Part shown: in pieces, positions 42,077 through 51,874 of the stretch
How the letters are laid out: each line of letters starts with the position of its first letter
Position numbering within the stretch: the first letter of the stretch is position 1
From: an uncultured Acidobacteriota bacterium
GTDB lineage: Bacteria; Acidobacteriota; UBA6911
Direction of reading: 5' to 3'
DNA length: 64,000 nt
Assembly (NCBI GenBank): GCA_963761825.1
Contig: CAVXIH010000010.1
Location: 155,554-219,553, forward strand
The notes under the pieces: generated by a model
What the model saw: the letters and a program-made list of their open reading frames with translations, nothing else
Databases searched by the model: none
Told to the model about the DNA's origin: nothing
Position numbers and translations under genes: made by a program

Positions 42077-43387
42077 ATGCGCGTTGACAGCGGAACGATA
42101 AAACTAGCAGACAATTTAGCATCCTGCTGTTCCAGAAGCAGGTGGTCGAGTTGGGCCTGTTTTTGCCTGACAATGGTTCTGATGCTTACTGCAGGAACCG
42201 CCGCGCCGGCATTTCAATCGGATTCCGACTGGGCAACTCGCATTCGGGCACATGTGGATAGTGGAAATCTTCAACAGGCAATGGGCACAACCAATGAATG
42301 GCTCAAAGCATATCCGAACGATCTGGATGCGCGCGCCTGGCACGCGCGTTTGCAGGCCTGGACCAATCACTGGAAGGAAGCAGAGAATGAATATCGCGAA
42401 TTGACACAGCTTTCTCCCCGCGACACCGATTTGTGGATGGGGCTCGCGGATGTTCTGATTTGGCAGGCGCGCTACGAAGAGGCATTAACCTATATAGCCC
42501 GGGCGATGGAGATCGATCCCAAGAGAGCGGATTGCGAGCTTCGCCGTGCCCAGGCGCTTCAGGGGCTTGGCCGAAATCGTGAATCTCAAATCGCTTACCA
42601 AGAAATACTGACCAAGGACCCTTCTTCTGCTGAGGCCCGCAAGGGGCTGGATCAAATCCGTTCGGCAAAGCGTTACGAAATCCGCTTCGATTCCGAGTTA
42701 GACAATTTCAGCTACACCGACAGTGCCGGATTGTTCGGGCTGGCAATCCGATCCCGATGGAATTCCCGCTGGGCGACATTCGGTTCTCTTCACCGGTTCC
42801 AGCGGTTTGGCGAAGCTGCAACCAGGGTTGGTGCAGGCGCCACATTGAATTTCGGATCTCGGGATTCTCTCACTGTCGCCGGCGCTACGGCAGGAGACAA
42901 CGGCATTATTCCACGCGCAGAGGCTGAGTTTGAATACAGTCATGGATTCCGCCTGTCGGAAAGCGGGGCAATCCGCGGGGTCGAGGCCCTCTATCGGCAA
43001 CGCTGGCTCTGGTATCGCGACACGCGTCTGCTGGTTTTATCGCCCACTGCCATTCTGTACCTTCCGAAGGATTGGAACTGGCTGTTCCAATATTCGTCAA
43101 ATCGGACCGTCATTACCGGAAACGCACCGGATTGGAAGCCCTCCGGTTATACCAGGCTCACATTCCCTCTCGGAAGCCGACTCACGGGGAATCTCCTTTT
43201 TGCCGTGGGCGTTGAGAACTTCGGTTATGCCGACCAAATAAGCCAATATTCCATGCGCACCTATGGCGGTGGATTGCGATTTAGAGTTGCGACCGGCCAG
43301 GAGATCCTCGGCCACGGGCATTATCAGCAGTATTCCGACGGCAAAACTCTCGTGAACGTTGGGGCAAGCTATGCAATCCATTTTTGA
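42077..43387 (+). CDS. Outer-membrane protein with N-terminal TPR repeats and a C-terminal beta-barrel ending in Phe (PgaA/BcsC-like exopolysaccharide porin)
   Basis: TPR segment. Alternating-hydrophobic beta-strands. Terminal ...SYAIHF. Confidence 0.65.
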   Translation: MRVDSGTIKLADNLASCCSRSRWSSWACFCLTMVLMLTAGTAAPAFQSDSDWATRIRAHVDSGNLQQAMGTTNEWLKAYPNDLDARAWHARLQAWTNHWKEAENEYRELTQLSPRDTDLWMGLADVLIWQARYEEALTYIARAMEIDPKRADCELRRAQALQGLGRNRESQIAYQEILTKDPSSAEARKGLDQIRSAKRYEIRFDSELDNFSYTDSAGLFGLAIRSRWNSRWATFGSLHRFQRFGEAATRVGAGATLNFGSRDSLTVAGATAGDNGIIPRAEAEFEYSHGFRLSESGAIRGVEALYRQRWLWYRDTRLLVLSPTAILYLPKDWNWLFQYSSNRTVITGNAPDWKPSGYTRLTFPLGSRLTGNLLFAVGVENFGYADQISQYSMRTYGGGLRFRVATGQEILGHGHYQQYSDGKTLVNVGASYAIHF

Positions 43388-43397
43388 GGTATTGCCT

Positions 43398-44750
43398 GTG
43401 AGCAGTCTGGCCGAAACCGTAACGATCTCTCTGATCGCTACAGCCATCGGCATTGGATTGCTGATCTCCTTCATTCTATTGCGCCGAGCTTGGCGGAAAC
43501 GACATTTCCAGCGTCGTGACCAGCGGATCCAATACATTCGCGATAATTGGCAAAAAATTCTAAGCGAAGAGATTCGAGTTAAAGACTGGTTTTCGATAAA
43601 TATGAACCGCGATATAGTCGAGGAAATTCTTCTGGATCGACTCGCGGTGGCAGAGCCGGTTAAACTGCAATCGTTGCAGGAATTCGCGCGCCACAGCGGC
43701 CTCATGGATAGGAGAATTCGCCAGGTCGGCAAGAGCAAGGGCTGGAAGAAACGTCTGGCACTGATCGCGCTTGGTCGCATGCAATTGCCTGAAAGCATCC
43801 CTGCTCTTTCAGAAGCGTTGCAGGATCCGCGCGACGAAACTGTTGTGGATGCCATTCGCGCGCTTGGCCAGGTGAGCACGCCCGAAGCCGCACAGGCAAT
43901 CCTGCGGCAAGTTTCTCGAAAACCTCAGCAATGCCCTCCGCAAACAGTGCAAGCGGCATTAGCCCAATGCTATCGATCCGATCCGAAATTATTGTTAAGC
44001 GAAGTCCGGGAGGCGGATGATGTGTTGAGGCCAATCCTGGCGCGTGTGCTGGCAGAAGTTGCTGATCAAAGGCTGAGCGGCGACCTGATGGAGCTTGCGC
44101 TCGATCCTTTGGCAGAAGTGCGCGCATCAGCGGCACGCATTATTGCAGTGGTCAAGCCTTCCTACGCGCTCAACGTTCTTTCCATGCTTGCCGGGGATCC
44201 AGAATGGTTTGTTCGATTGCGCGCCGCCGTTGCGATTGGCGAACTGGGAGAAAGGCAAGGAATCCCCTTACTGATAAACGCGCTTTGCGATCACAACCGG
44301 TTCGTTCGTTTGCGGGCAGCCTCTCAACTGATCTGCTTCAAGGGTGACGAAGCCCAGGTGATCCAATTAGCAATGCAAACCGGGGATCGCTATGCCCTGC
44401 AGGCGCTTATTTCCGAAATCGAGCGCTCCGGGCGTCTGCCTGAAATGGTCAACGGCCTCGCGGCAGATGCTCCCAACCCGGTTATTGAGTCGGTTCTCCT
44501 GGCCGTTCTTCAGAACGGTTTCGCAAGCATTCTGGTAGACCTGTTGCTCAACCATCCGGATCGCCGTGTTTGCACTCGCCTGGCGCGACTCCTGGCTCGA
44601 TCCGGAGACGCGGCTCTTCTGGAACACTTGGCTCAGATCCATAAGCCGGATCTCGGGCTGGGACAGCAAAAGCTGCTGGGCTGGGCGATTGCACACCTGA
44701 AAGAAACAATCATTGCTTGCGAAGCAGGCAAGGAGGCGGTGTCTGCATGA
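43398..44750 (+). CDS. Membrane-anchored HEAT-repeat (PBS-lyase-type) protein
   Basis: GAGGT box 7 nt upstream of GTG 43398. One N-terminal TM helix followed by multiple HEAT-like repeats. Confidence 0.6.
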   Translation: MSSLAETVTISLIATAIGIGLLISFILLRRAWRKRHFQRRDQRIQYIRDNWQKILSEEIRVKDWFSINMNRDIVEEILLDRLAVAEPVKLQSLQEFARHSGLMDRRIRQVGKSKGWKKRLALIALGRMQLPESIPALSEALQDPRDETVVDAIRALGQVSTPEAAQAILRQVSRKPQQCPPQTVQAALAQCYRSDPKLLLSEVREADDVLRPILARVLAEVADQRLSGDLMELALDPLAEVRASAARIIAVVKPSYALNVLSMLAGDPEWFVRLRAAVAIGELGERQGIPLLINALCDHNRFVRLRAASQLICFKGDEAQVIQLAMQTGDRYALQALISEIERSGRLPEMVNGLAADAPNPVIESVLLAVLQNGFASILVDLLLNHPDRRVCTRLARLLARSGDAALLEHLAQIHKPDLGLGQQKLLGWAIAHLKETIIACEAGKEAVSA

Positions 44751-46183
44751 TAGAGTTCCTGACCATCTCCAGCTATTTCCTGTTCGCCTATTATGTCGCG
44801 ACAAATCTCATCTACCTTGTTTTGCTGGTCGCGTCGATCACCGAAACAGTCACACAGCAGAAGCGAATCGCTACTCTCCTTTTCGATCGTCTGCGCAACT
44901 CATCTCTCGCACCGCCCATCTCCATCCTTGTCCCTGCTCGCAATGAGGAGAAAAGCATCGTGGAATCGGTGCGGTCCTTTCTGGCTCTGGATTATCCGGA
45001 ACTTGAAGTCATCGTGGTTAACGATGGATCGACAGATGGCACGCTGGAGGAACTGCGCAAGCATTTCAGCCTATTGCGCACGGATATTCTATACGTTGCA
45101 GAAATTCCCACTCAACCGGTGCAAGGCGTGTATATGAGCGTCTCGGACCGGCGGTTACTGGTGCTCGACAAACAGTCGTGCGGCCGTAAGGCGGATGCGC
45201 TGAATGCCGCGCTCAATGCTGCGTCCAGCCCTTACATATGCGCTGTCGATGCGGACGCGATTTTGGAAAAAGATGCCTTGCTTCGCGTTATGGCTCCCGC
45301 TCTCAACGACCCGCGTCGCGTGATCGCCAGCGGCGGCATCGTACGGATTGCCAACGGCTCCAGTGTAAAGGACGGTGTCGTTCATCACGTTCGGCTGCCG
45401 CGGCGCATCATTGAGATCCTGCAGGTAATCGAATACTTGCGTGCGTTTCTGATCGGGCGGCAGGGATGGTCTTATTTCAACATGTTGACCATCATCTCCG
45501 GGGCATTCGGAATCTTCCGCCGCGACGTGTGCAGAGAGATCGGCGGTTTTCGTGTCTCGGCTATTGGCGAAGACATGGATCTAATTGTCCGAATGCACCG
45601 GCTCATGCGCACCCGGAAAGATCAATACAAAATTGCCTTTGTGCCGGATCCGGTTTGTTGGACCGAAGCGCCATCCTCCGCTAAGGCGCTGGCCAAGCAA
45701 CGCGCACGCTGGCAGAATGGCCTCTCAGATGTTCTTTTTCAGAATCGCGATATGGTGTTTAAGCCCCGATACGGCCGAATTGGATTCCTTGCCCTGCCCT
45801 ACCAGTGGCTGTTCGAATATGCCTCGCCGGTTATCGAGGTGTTCGGCTGGGCGTGCATGATCCTGGCTGGGATTCTGGGGATTCTAAAACCCTCTTTTTT
45901 CACCGAGTTCCTGCTCTTTGGCTATCTCTTCGGAATATTTATTTCCATCGGGTCTTTGGTTTTGGAAGAAATGACATACCACCGATACAACGATCCAAAG
46001 GATTTGATCCGGTTGATTGCCGTCAGCTTTCTGGAAATGATTCCATACCGTCAGATGAACAGCTTTTGGCGATTGCGTGGGATGTGGCAATATCTGAGAG
46101 GGAAAAACGACTGGCAGATGATCGAGCGCGTAGGATTTACATCCAAAGCCGGAACCTCCGCCGCATCCGGTGCCAAGGCATAA
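44747..46183 (+). CDS. GT2-family processive glycosyltransferase (PgaC/IcaA/cellulose-synthase-like)
   Basis: DGSTDGT, CAVDADA and QRARWQNG (QxxRW) motifs. The ATG overlaps the upstream stop (ATGA). AGGAGG at 44731. Confidence 0.8.
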   Translation: MIEFLTISSYFLFAYYVATNLIYLVLLVASITETVTQQKRIATLLFDRLRNSSLAPPISILVPARNEEKSIVESVRSFLALDYPELEVIVVNDGSTDGTLEELRKHFSLLRTDILYVAEIPTQPVQGVYMSVSDRRLLVLDKQSCGRKADALNAALNAASSPYICAVDADAILEKDALLRVMAPALNDPRRVIASGGIVRIANGSSVKDGVVHHVRLPRRIIEILQVIEYLRAFLIGRQGWSYFNMLTIISGAFGIFRRDVCREIGGFRVSAIGEDMDLIVRMHRLMRTRKDQYKIAFVPDPVCWTEAPSSAKALAKQRARWQNGLSDVLFQNRDMVFKPRYGRIGFLALPYQWLFEYASPVIEVFGWACMILAGILGILKPSFFTEFLLFGYLFGIFISIGSLVLEEMTYHRYNDPKDLIRLIAVSFLEMIPYRQMNSFWRLRGMWQYLRGKNDWQMIERVGFTSKAGTSAASGAKA

Positions 46184-46329
46184 CGCGGCCCTGCTATTGC
46201 ACTGCCAAAGAATATTCCTTGAGCTGCGGCAAATATCTTCAGCGAGCTTCCGTCGCCATAGGCATGCATTGAACGCGACTCATAGTGGCTCAATGCTTTC
46301 TCCCTGCCACTAGGACTCAGACAAGAATC

Positions 46330-48392
46330 CTAGGGAATCGCGTTAGCCGCTTTAGTGAGTGCTCTCAGGGCGGGAGCGATTGCGATGAGCATTTCTGCGT
46401 GCGTTTTTTCCGCCCGCTCAAGCGTAAGCGCCGCTTTTCCCTTCCAGTCCTCGGGCGGTCTCTGGCGCGATTCGAGATAATCCAGAGCCCGCAATCCCGT
46501 CTCGATCGATTCGGAGAGAGTCTCCGTTAGAGGCTCGATCTCCTTGAGAAGAAACGATTGCCTGATAACCGGCTTCAAGTCGGCCGAGTTGTCTCTCCAG
46601 GCAGAGAGCAATTTGCGGATCTGCTGAAAATCCTCTGTCGATCCGGCTGGGTTCGCGACTGCCCGGCCCACGGCATCGCCAAACTTTCGGGCAATCTCAC
46701 TTTCCGGCAAAACCGCGTCCACCATCCGATTCAAAGGGGTAAGACTGGAGTATGTGCGGGTTTTTACGCGAACGCCGAGTCGGGCGGGCTTGAGCAGGTC
46801 GGCGAGCATTTTCAGCGATGCGATGTTTTCGACTCCTGACATGCGCTGCAGCATCTTCATGGGGTTGGCCCGATGCATCAGGCCCAATGCATCCAGTTCT
46901 CCATTTACGAAATCGAGACGCCGGTACATGTCCTGTACGTCGCTGATTTCCCGGGGAGACCAGAGTCTTTCCGCAATCGCGGCCGTTCTCGGCCAGATCC
47001 TGGACTCGATGTTGTCAGAATTGACAAGTTCGCTCCACATGCAGGCTTCCCCTCCGAGAACCAGCGACTTTTCCTGGTCTGCCAGGCTTGCGGCCTCTTT
47101 GCCCAGGGGGTCGTTGTCATAGTGAAAAGAGGCGGGCTGCATTTGATCCAGATAGTAGCTATAGGATAGAACTCCGGCATAGCCCTGGCGTACGCTTTTT
47201 GCCAGATAGGAATGCCCTCGCCATGACTGAACTACCACGGTTTTGGGTAGGTCCGGATGGAGGATCTCATCCCAACCGATCATTTTTTTGCGGTGCTTCT
47301 CAAGAATTTGCTGCAGGCGCTGATTGAAATAGGCCTGTAACGCCGCATTATCCGGCAGCTTCTTTTGCACTTTGAAGGCCTGGATGCGCGAACTGGCGTT
47401 CCATTGCCTGCCGTTAACTTCATCGCCTCCAATGTGAAAATATTCGTCGGGGAAAAGTCCGGCCATCTCATCTATGAAGGAATTCAGAAAGTCATAGAGT
47501 TTCTTGGAGGTGGGATCCATGCAGGGATCAAAGACTCCCCAGGCGCGCTCGATGGAGTAGGGTCCGGGAGCGCTTGCCAGTTCGGGGTAGGCTGCAAGCC
47601 ACGCCGTCGTGTGGCCCGGCATGTCAAATTCCGGAATGATCCGGATGCCACGGTCGCGTGCGTAGTCAATGATTTCACGCACTTCCTGCTGGGTGTAATA
47701 GTTGCCCTCCGATGCGGCCAGCTGAAGTTTTGGAAATCGCCTGGACTCCACGCGAAATCCCTGGTCGTCAGACAGATGCCAGTGCAGGACATTCATCTTC
47801 ACTGCGGCCATGGCATCCAGATTCCGTTTGATGACTTCCGCCGGTTCCCAGTGGCGGGAGACGTCGATGAGCAATCCTCTCCAGCAAAAACGAGGCTCAT
47901 CTTTGATTTGCACGGCGGGGACAAAGAAGGATTTGTCATCGGTGCGTATCAGCTGCAGAAAGGTCTCCAGTCCGCGCAGGATGCCGATCGGAGACGGTGC
48001 TACCAGCCGGGCGCTTTGCTCTGTTACGTCCAGCGTGTAGGATTCATCGGCCCGAAGCGATTGGACCGGCTCTCCCGCTCCCGCACAGTGTATTTCGAGG
48101 GTTGCCTTGTTTCGAATCCGCGGAGGAGGCCATGGATAGCGGGATGCCGGTTTTCCTTTGAAGACGCTAGCAGCAATCGGCCTGTGGCTGCCGACACGCG
48201 CGGGTCTCCGTGTCCAGTCAGGATTACATCAAATGTGCTATCGATGGATAAGCGGCCCTGAGTCTGAACAAGGCTCTTCGGCATGGGCATCAGGTGCAGA
48301 GCCGGTTGCACCGGTTCTCCGATCCCGATTGCATAACTTGAAATCAAACCCGCAATGATCAAAGCGGCAGTGCGATGAATTCTGATCGGCAT
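46330..48392 (-). pseudogene. Secreted GH20 beta-N-acetylhexosaminidase (dispersin-B-like), with a frameshift between about 48030 and 48140
   Basis: HWHLSDDQGFR and HIGGDEV catalytic motifs. The GH20b N-domain with GILRGLETFLQL and the signal peptide lie in a different frame (ORF 48024..48392). Confidence 0.7.
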
Positions 48393-48556
48393 ACGCCTAT
48401 AATATCGGAATCCCGGATTTATGGCGCAACTATTTCTCCGGTTGCAGAAAATACCGCTAGTTCAGGATACGCAGGCCCGCGCGGGCTGTTCGGTAGTTGA
48501 CACGGGAGCCGCATGTCGGGTACCTTGATTTGTTGGAATCATATAAGGAGAAGGGT

Positions 48557-49147
48557 GTGGACAAAGAAATATCCATTGTTGGCGAACCGACCGTAAATCC
48601 GGCCGCATGCAGTTTCACGATTGACCGTCCCGTATACGCGGGCGGTTCCGCGTATTTTAAAAACAGGGAAGCGGCGGAGCATTCCCCTCTGGCAAAGCGG
48701 ATTTTTGAAATCCCGGAAGTTGAAAATATTCTGATTGCCGAAAATCAGGTGACCGTAACGAAAGCCGGATTCGATCCCTGGCCCGCGATCGGCAAGCAGA
48801 TCGGAGCAAAAATCAGGGAACACATCAGTTCCAACGAGCCCGCAGTTGATGCCCAATTCGATTCAACGATGCCGCCCGAAGCCGAAATTCGTGCGAAGGT
48901 GCAAAATCTTCTGGAAACGGAAATCAATCCTGCTTTGGGAAATCACGGAGGCTTTGTGGAGCTGATCGACGTGAGGAGGAACTCCGTTTATCTCAAGCTC
49001 GGCGGCGGTTGCCAGGGCTGCGGATCGGCAAAGATGACACTGAAGATGGGAATAGAAAGAGTGATCCGGGAACGAATTCCGGAGGTCGGGGAAGTCCTCG
49101 ATGCCACGGATCATGCGGCTGGGCGCAATCCGTATTATCAGCCGTAA
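48557..49147 (+). CDS. NifU-like / Nfu-type Fe-S cluster scaffold protein (two Nfu domains)
   Basis: GGCQGCG CxxC motif. AAGGAG 6 nt upstream of GTG 48557. Confidence 0.7.
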   Translation: MDKEISIVGEPTVNPAACSFTIDRPVYAGGSAYFKNREAAEHSPLAKRIFEIPEVENILIAENQVTVTKAGFDPWPAIGKQIGAKIREHISSNEPAVDAQFDSTMPPEAEIRAKVQNLLETEINPALGNHGGFVELIDVRRNSVYLKLGGGCQGCGSAKMTLKMGIERVIRERIPEVGEVLDATDHAAGRNPYYQP

Positions 49148-49437
49148 AGGCGCGTCAGTCTTATATCTTGCGCGAAGCAGCAAGAGATATTTCTGAGTCG
49201 CTCGAGCGGCTGCGCTTTGGTTTTATCGTGATCAAAGCGCACGTATTTGCGATGAAATCGACGTGCTTTGTGTGCGATGAGCTCTGGCTGCGGCCCCATA
49301 AATCGATGGCGGATATTGATAAATAGGGGCTTTTTTTAAAAAACATCATTGCTTTTTCCAAGAATATCCGCAAAATGTGTTTAGCTTGTTTGCTGTTTTC
49401 CAGTAGATTCCTAACCGTCTTTCATTGGAGGAACTGA

Positions 49438-49734
49438 ATGGCTAAAGTAATGACGAAAGCACAATTGGTTACGCTGATCGCAGAAAAGTGCGAGCTTACA
49501 AAAGCTGCAGCTAACGGAATTCTCGAAGTTATCGCGACCACCGCGGTAGCCGAGACCAAGAAGAATGGGCAGTTTATTATCCCGGGGATTGGCAAGCTGG
49601 TAAAATCACAGCGCAAGGCCAGAATGGGCCGCAATCCGCAGACGGGCGCCACTATCAAGATACCGGCAAAAACGGTTGTGAAGTTCAGAGTGGCCAAAGC
49701 CTGTAAGGATGCAGTTGTTCCTGGAAAGAAATAG
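49438..49734 (+). CDS. hup: HU-family DNA-binding protein
   Basis: 98 aa. GFG..V..R.AR.GRNP.TG arm signature. Confidence 0.9.
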   Translation: MAKVMTKAQLVTLIAEKCELTKAAANGILEVIATTAVAETKKNGQFIIPGIGKLVKSQRKARMGRNPQTGATIKIPAKTVVKFRVAKACKDAVVPGKK

Positions 49735-49835
49735 ACTCTGCCCTTGGAAGCATTGATGGGATCAGGCCCTCAAAATCTGTCTGGTCGGGGCAGCAAAGCT
49801 CCGTACCTATCATAGATTCTGGGAGCCTGATTCTA

Positions 49836-50888
49836 TCAGATCCGCATGACCTGATCCTCAGGACCCCGTTTGCGCACGCAGCTGCTGAGAACATTCAAAC
49901 TCAGCAGTGTCAGAAATACCATGCAAAGAGGCATAAGGTTCCACCAGAAGTCCGTGATGATGCGCGTGTCTTTCAGGCTGCGCAGCATGGAACCCCACGA
50001 TTCTCCCGCATCCTGAAACCCTACATTCAGGAATGAGAGGATGATTTCGCCCAGAAGAAAAACGGGGGCGGCAACTGCCAGTTGCGCTAAAACAAACGGC
50101 ATCAGAGAGGGAAGCATGTGGCGCAGGAAAATATGCGTCGGAGTGCCGCCCAGCGAACGGGCGGCTTCAACATACGTGGAGTTTCTGACCTGCAGTATCA
50201 AGCCACGAACTCCTCGAGCCATCGGAGGCCACGCAACCGCCGCAATGGCTGCGGTTACCCAGATCAGGGTCTGTAAAAAAGGAATGCGCATGGGCAAGAT
50301 CGATCTCAAGGCCAGCACCAGATAGAGAGCCGGGAGTGCCAGGACAAATTCCGAAAAGCGCATGAGGAGAGAATCCACCCATCCGCCGAACAAACCCGCA
50401 AATACTCCCACTGCAAGCCCGATGGCAGAGTAAAGAATGATGCCGAGTCCGACAACCAATAAGGACGTCCTGGTTCCTGCCAGCACGCGTGCAAGGACAT
50501 CGCGCCCCAAATCGTCGCTACCCAAAGGATAATACCGGGGATATTGGGCTCTCCCTAGCAGATGCCGGTCTGAAGAGAACAGTCCTAAAATGGTGTATCG
50601 GTATCCTTTGAAGAAAAATTCCAGGGGATAGGCTTCCGCGGTGTTTACCTTATAGGAGGCCTCCAGCGGATCGCGCAGTTCTGTTTTGTAGATAAAAGGT
50701 TTTTGGAGCTGCCCCTGCCCGTCGAAAAAATGAATGCGCTCGGGCGGGTGATAGAACATCGCGAGGTCCTGCATCGCGGGGGGATTGGAAGACAGAAAAT
50801 CCGCGAACAGGGATATCAACAGCAACACAGCGAAGAATCCTGCCGCAAGGTGTACGCCTCGCAGTTTTCTCATCACACATCCTTCCAT
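49836..50888 (-). CDS. Peptide/nickel ABC transporter permease (DppC/OppC-like)
   Basis: 6 TM helices and the EAA-type permease loop. Confidence 0.8.
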   Translation of the reverse strand: MEGCVMRKLRGVHLAAGFFAVLLLISLFADFLSSNPPAMQDLAMFYHPPERIHFFDGQGQLQKPFIYKTELRDPLEASYKVNTAEAYPLEFFFKGYRYTILGLFSSDRHLLGRAQYPRYYPLGSDDLGRDVLARVLAGTRTSLLVVGLGIILYSAIGLAVGVFAGLFGGWVDSLLMRFSEFVLALPALYLVLALRSILPMRIPFLQTLIWVTAAIAAVAWPPMARGVRGLILQVRNSTYVEAARSLGGTPTHIFLRHMLPSLMPFVLAQLAVAAPVFLLGEIILSFLNVGFQDAGESWGSMLRSLKDTRIITDFWWNLMPLCMVFLTLLSLNVLSSCVRKRGPEDQVMRI

Positions 50889-51874
50889 GTATGAGACCGC
50901 GTCCTTGGATCGAGCGCCATCAGCGCAAAATCAGCCAGCAGATTTCCCGCGACAAGAAGGAAGCTACTGCCAAGTACGCAGCCGGCTAGCAGGAATAGAT
51001 CACTGTTGAACAACGCGTCATAGGTGATCTGGCCAAGACCGGGCCACGCAAAAATTATTTCGAGAACAAGACTGCCGCTGAGGATACCCCCGAGCATCGG
51101 TCCCGATATCGAAAGAACCGGATTCAGTCCGGGACGCACGATATATTGAAAGAAAATGCGAGAACGGCTCAACCCGCGAGACCGGGCGAAGCGAACGGAA
51201 AGCGCGTCGCGCCCGTTTCTTGTCGCCGAATATTGGATGCGTTCTACATACGCGAAAATTGGGATCGTGAGGCAGACAACCGGCAGAATAAGGTGATGGA
51301 TGCGGTCGATGGTCCACTGCCAAAAGCCGGCGTTCGGGTTTGCTAGAGAATTCATGCCTCCCAGCGGGAACCAATGGGTATGAGCGGCGAACAGTAAAGC
51401 AACCAATCCCAATAAAAGCGAAGGCAGAGACAATGTGATCGAAGAGAGAAAATCCAGCAGGCGCCCCGCCGGACGTTGTGCGGCAATCCCATGTGCGGAC
51501 CCGACGATTATTCCCAGCCCGAAACCGAGAACCAGTGCAGGAATTCCCATCCATAGCGTCTTTGCCAGGGCATCGGCCACAACCTGCAAGACCGGTCTCT
51601 GATAAAACATGGAATAGCCCAGGTCCAGCCGGAACAGATCCTTCAGCCAGCGCAGGAACTGAAGATAAAAAGGAGCGTCCAGTCCATAGGCGTGACGCAG
51701 TTGTTCAACGGTTTCCGTGCGAACCGAGGCATCCAGAATGTGCGTGCTGAAAAAATCGCCTGGGATGAGTGAAGACAGCAGGAATGTTGCAAGCGCAACG
51801 AGGAGCGATAGCAGAACGAGTTGTGCCGCACGTTTCAGAATAAAAATCCCTATTCGCATAGCGATGCCATTCAT
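50873..51874 (-). CDS. Peptide/nickel ABC transporter permease (DppB/OppB-like)
   Basis: TM profile and a 16-bp overlap with the downstream permease. Confidence 0.8.
   Translation of the reverse strand: MNGIAMRIGIFILKRAAQLVLLSLLVALATFLLSSLIPGDFFSTHILDASVRTETVEQLRHAYGLDAPFYLQFLRWLKDLFRLDLGYSMFYQRPVLQVVADALAKTLWMGIPALVLGFGLGIIVGSAHGIAAQRPAGRLLDFLSSITLSLPSLLLGLVALLFAAHTHWFPLGGMNSLANPNAGFWQWTIDRIHHLILPVVCLTIPIFAYVERIQYSATRNGRDALSVRFARSRGLSRSRIFFQYIVRPGLNPVLSISGPMLGGILSGSLVLEIIFAWPGLGQITYDALFNSDLFLLAGCVLGSSFLLVAGNLLADFALMALDPRTRSHTWKDV

Noticed and set aside
47365-48261. 298-aa plus-strand ORF
   Set aside because: It is antisense to the GH20 hexosaminidase gene.
49280-49340. Intrinsic terminator after the nfu-like gene (ggggcttttttt)
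   Set aside because: The stem is only about 5 bp with a long loop, which is too weak to call.
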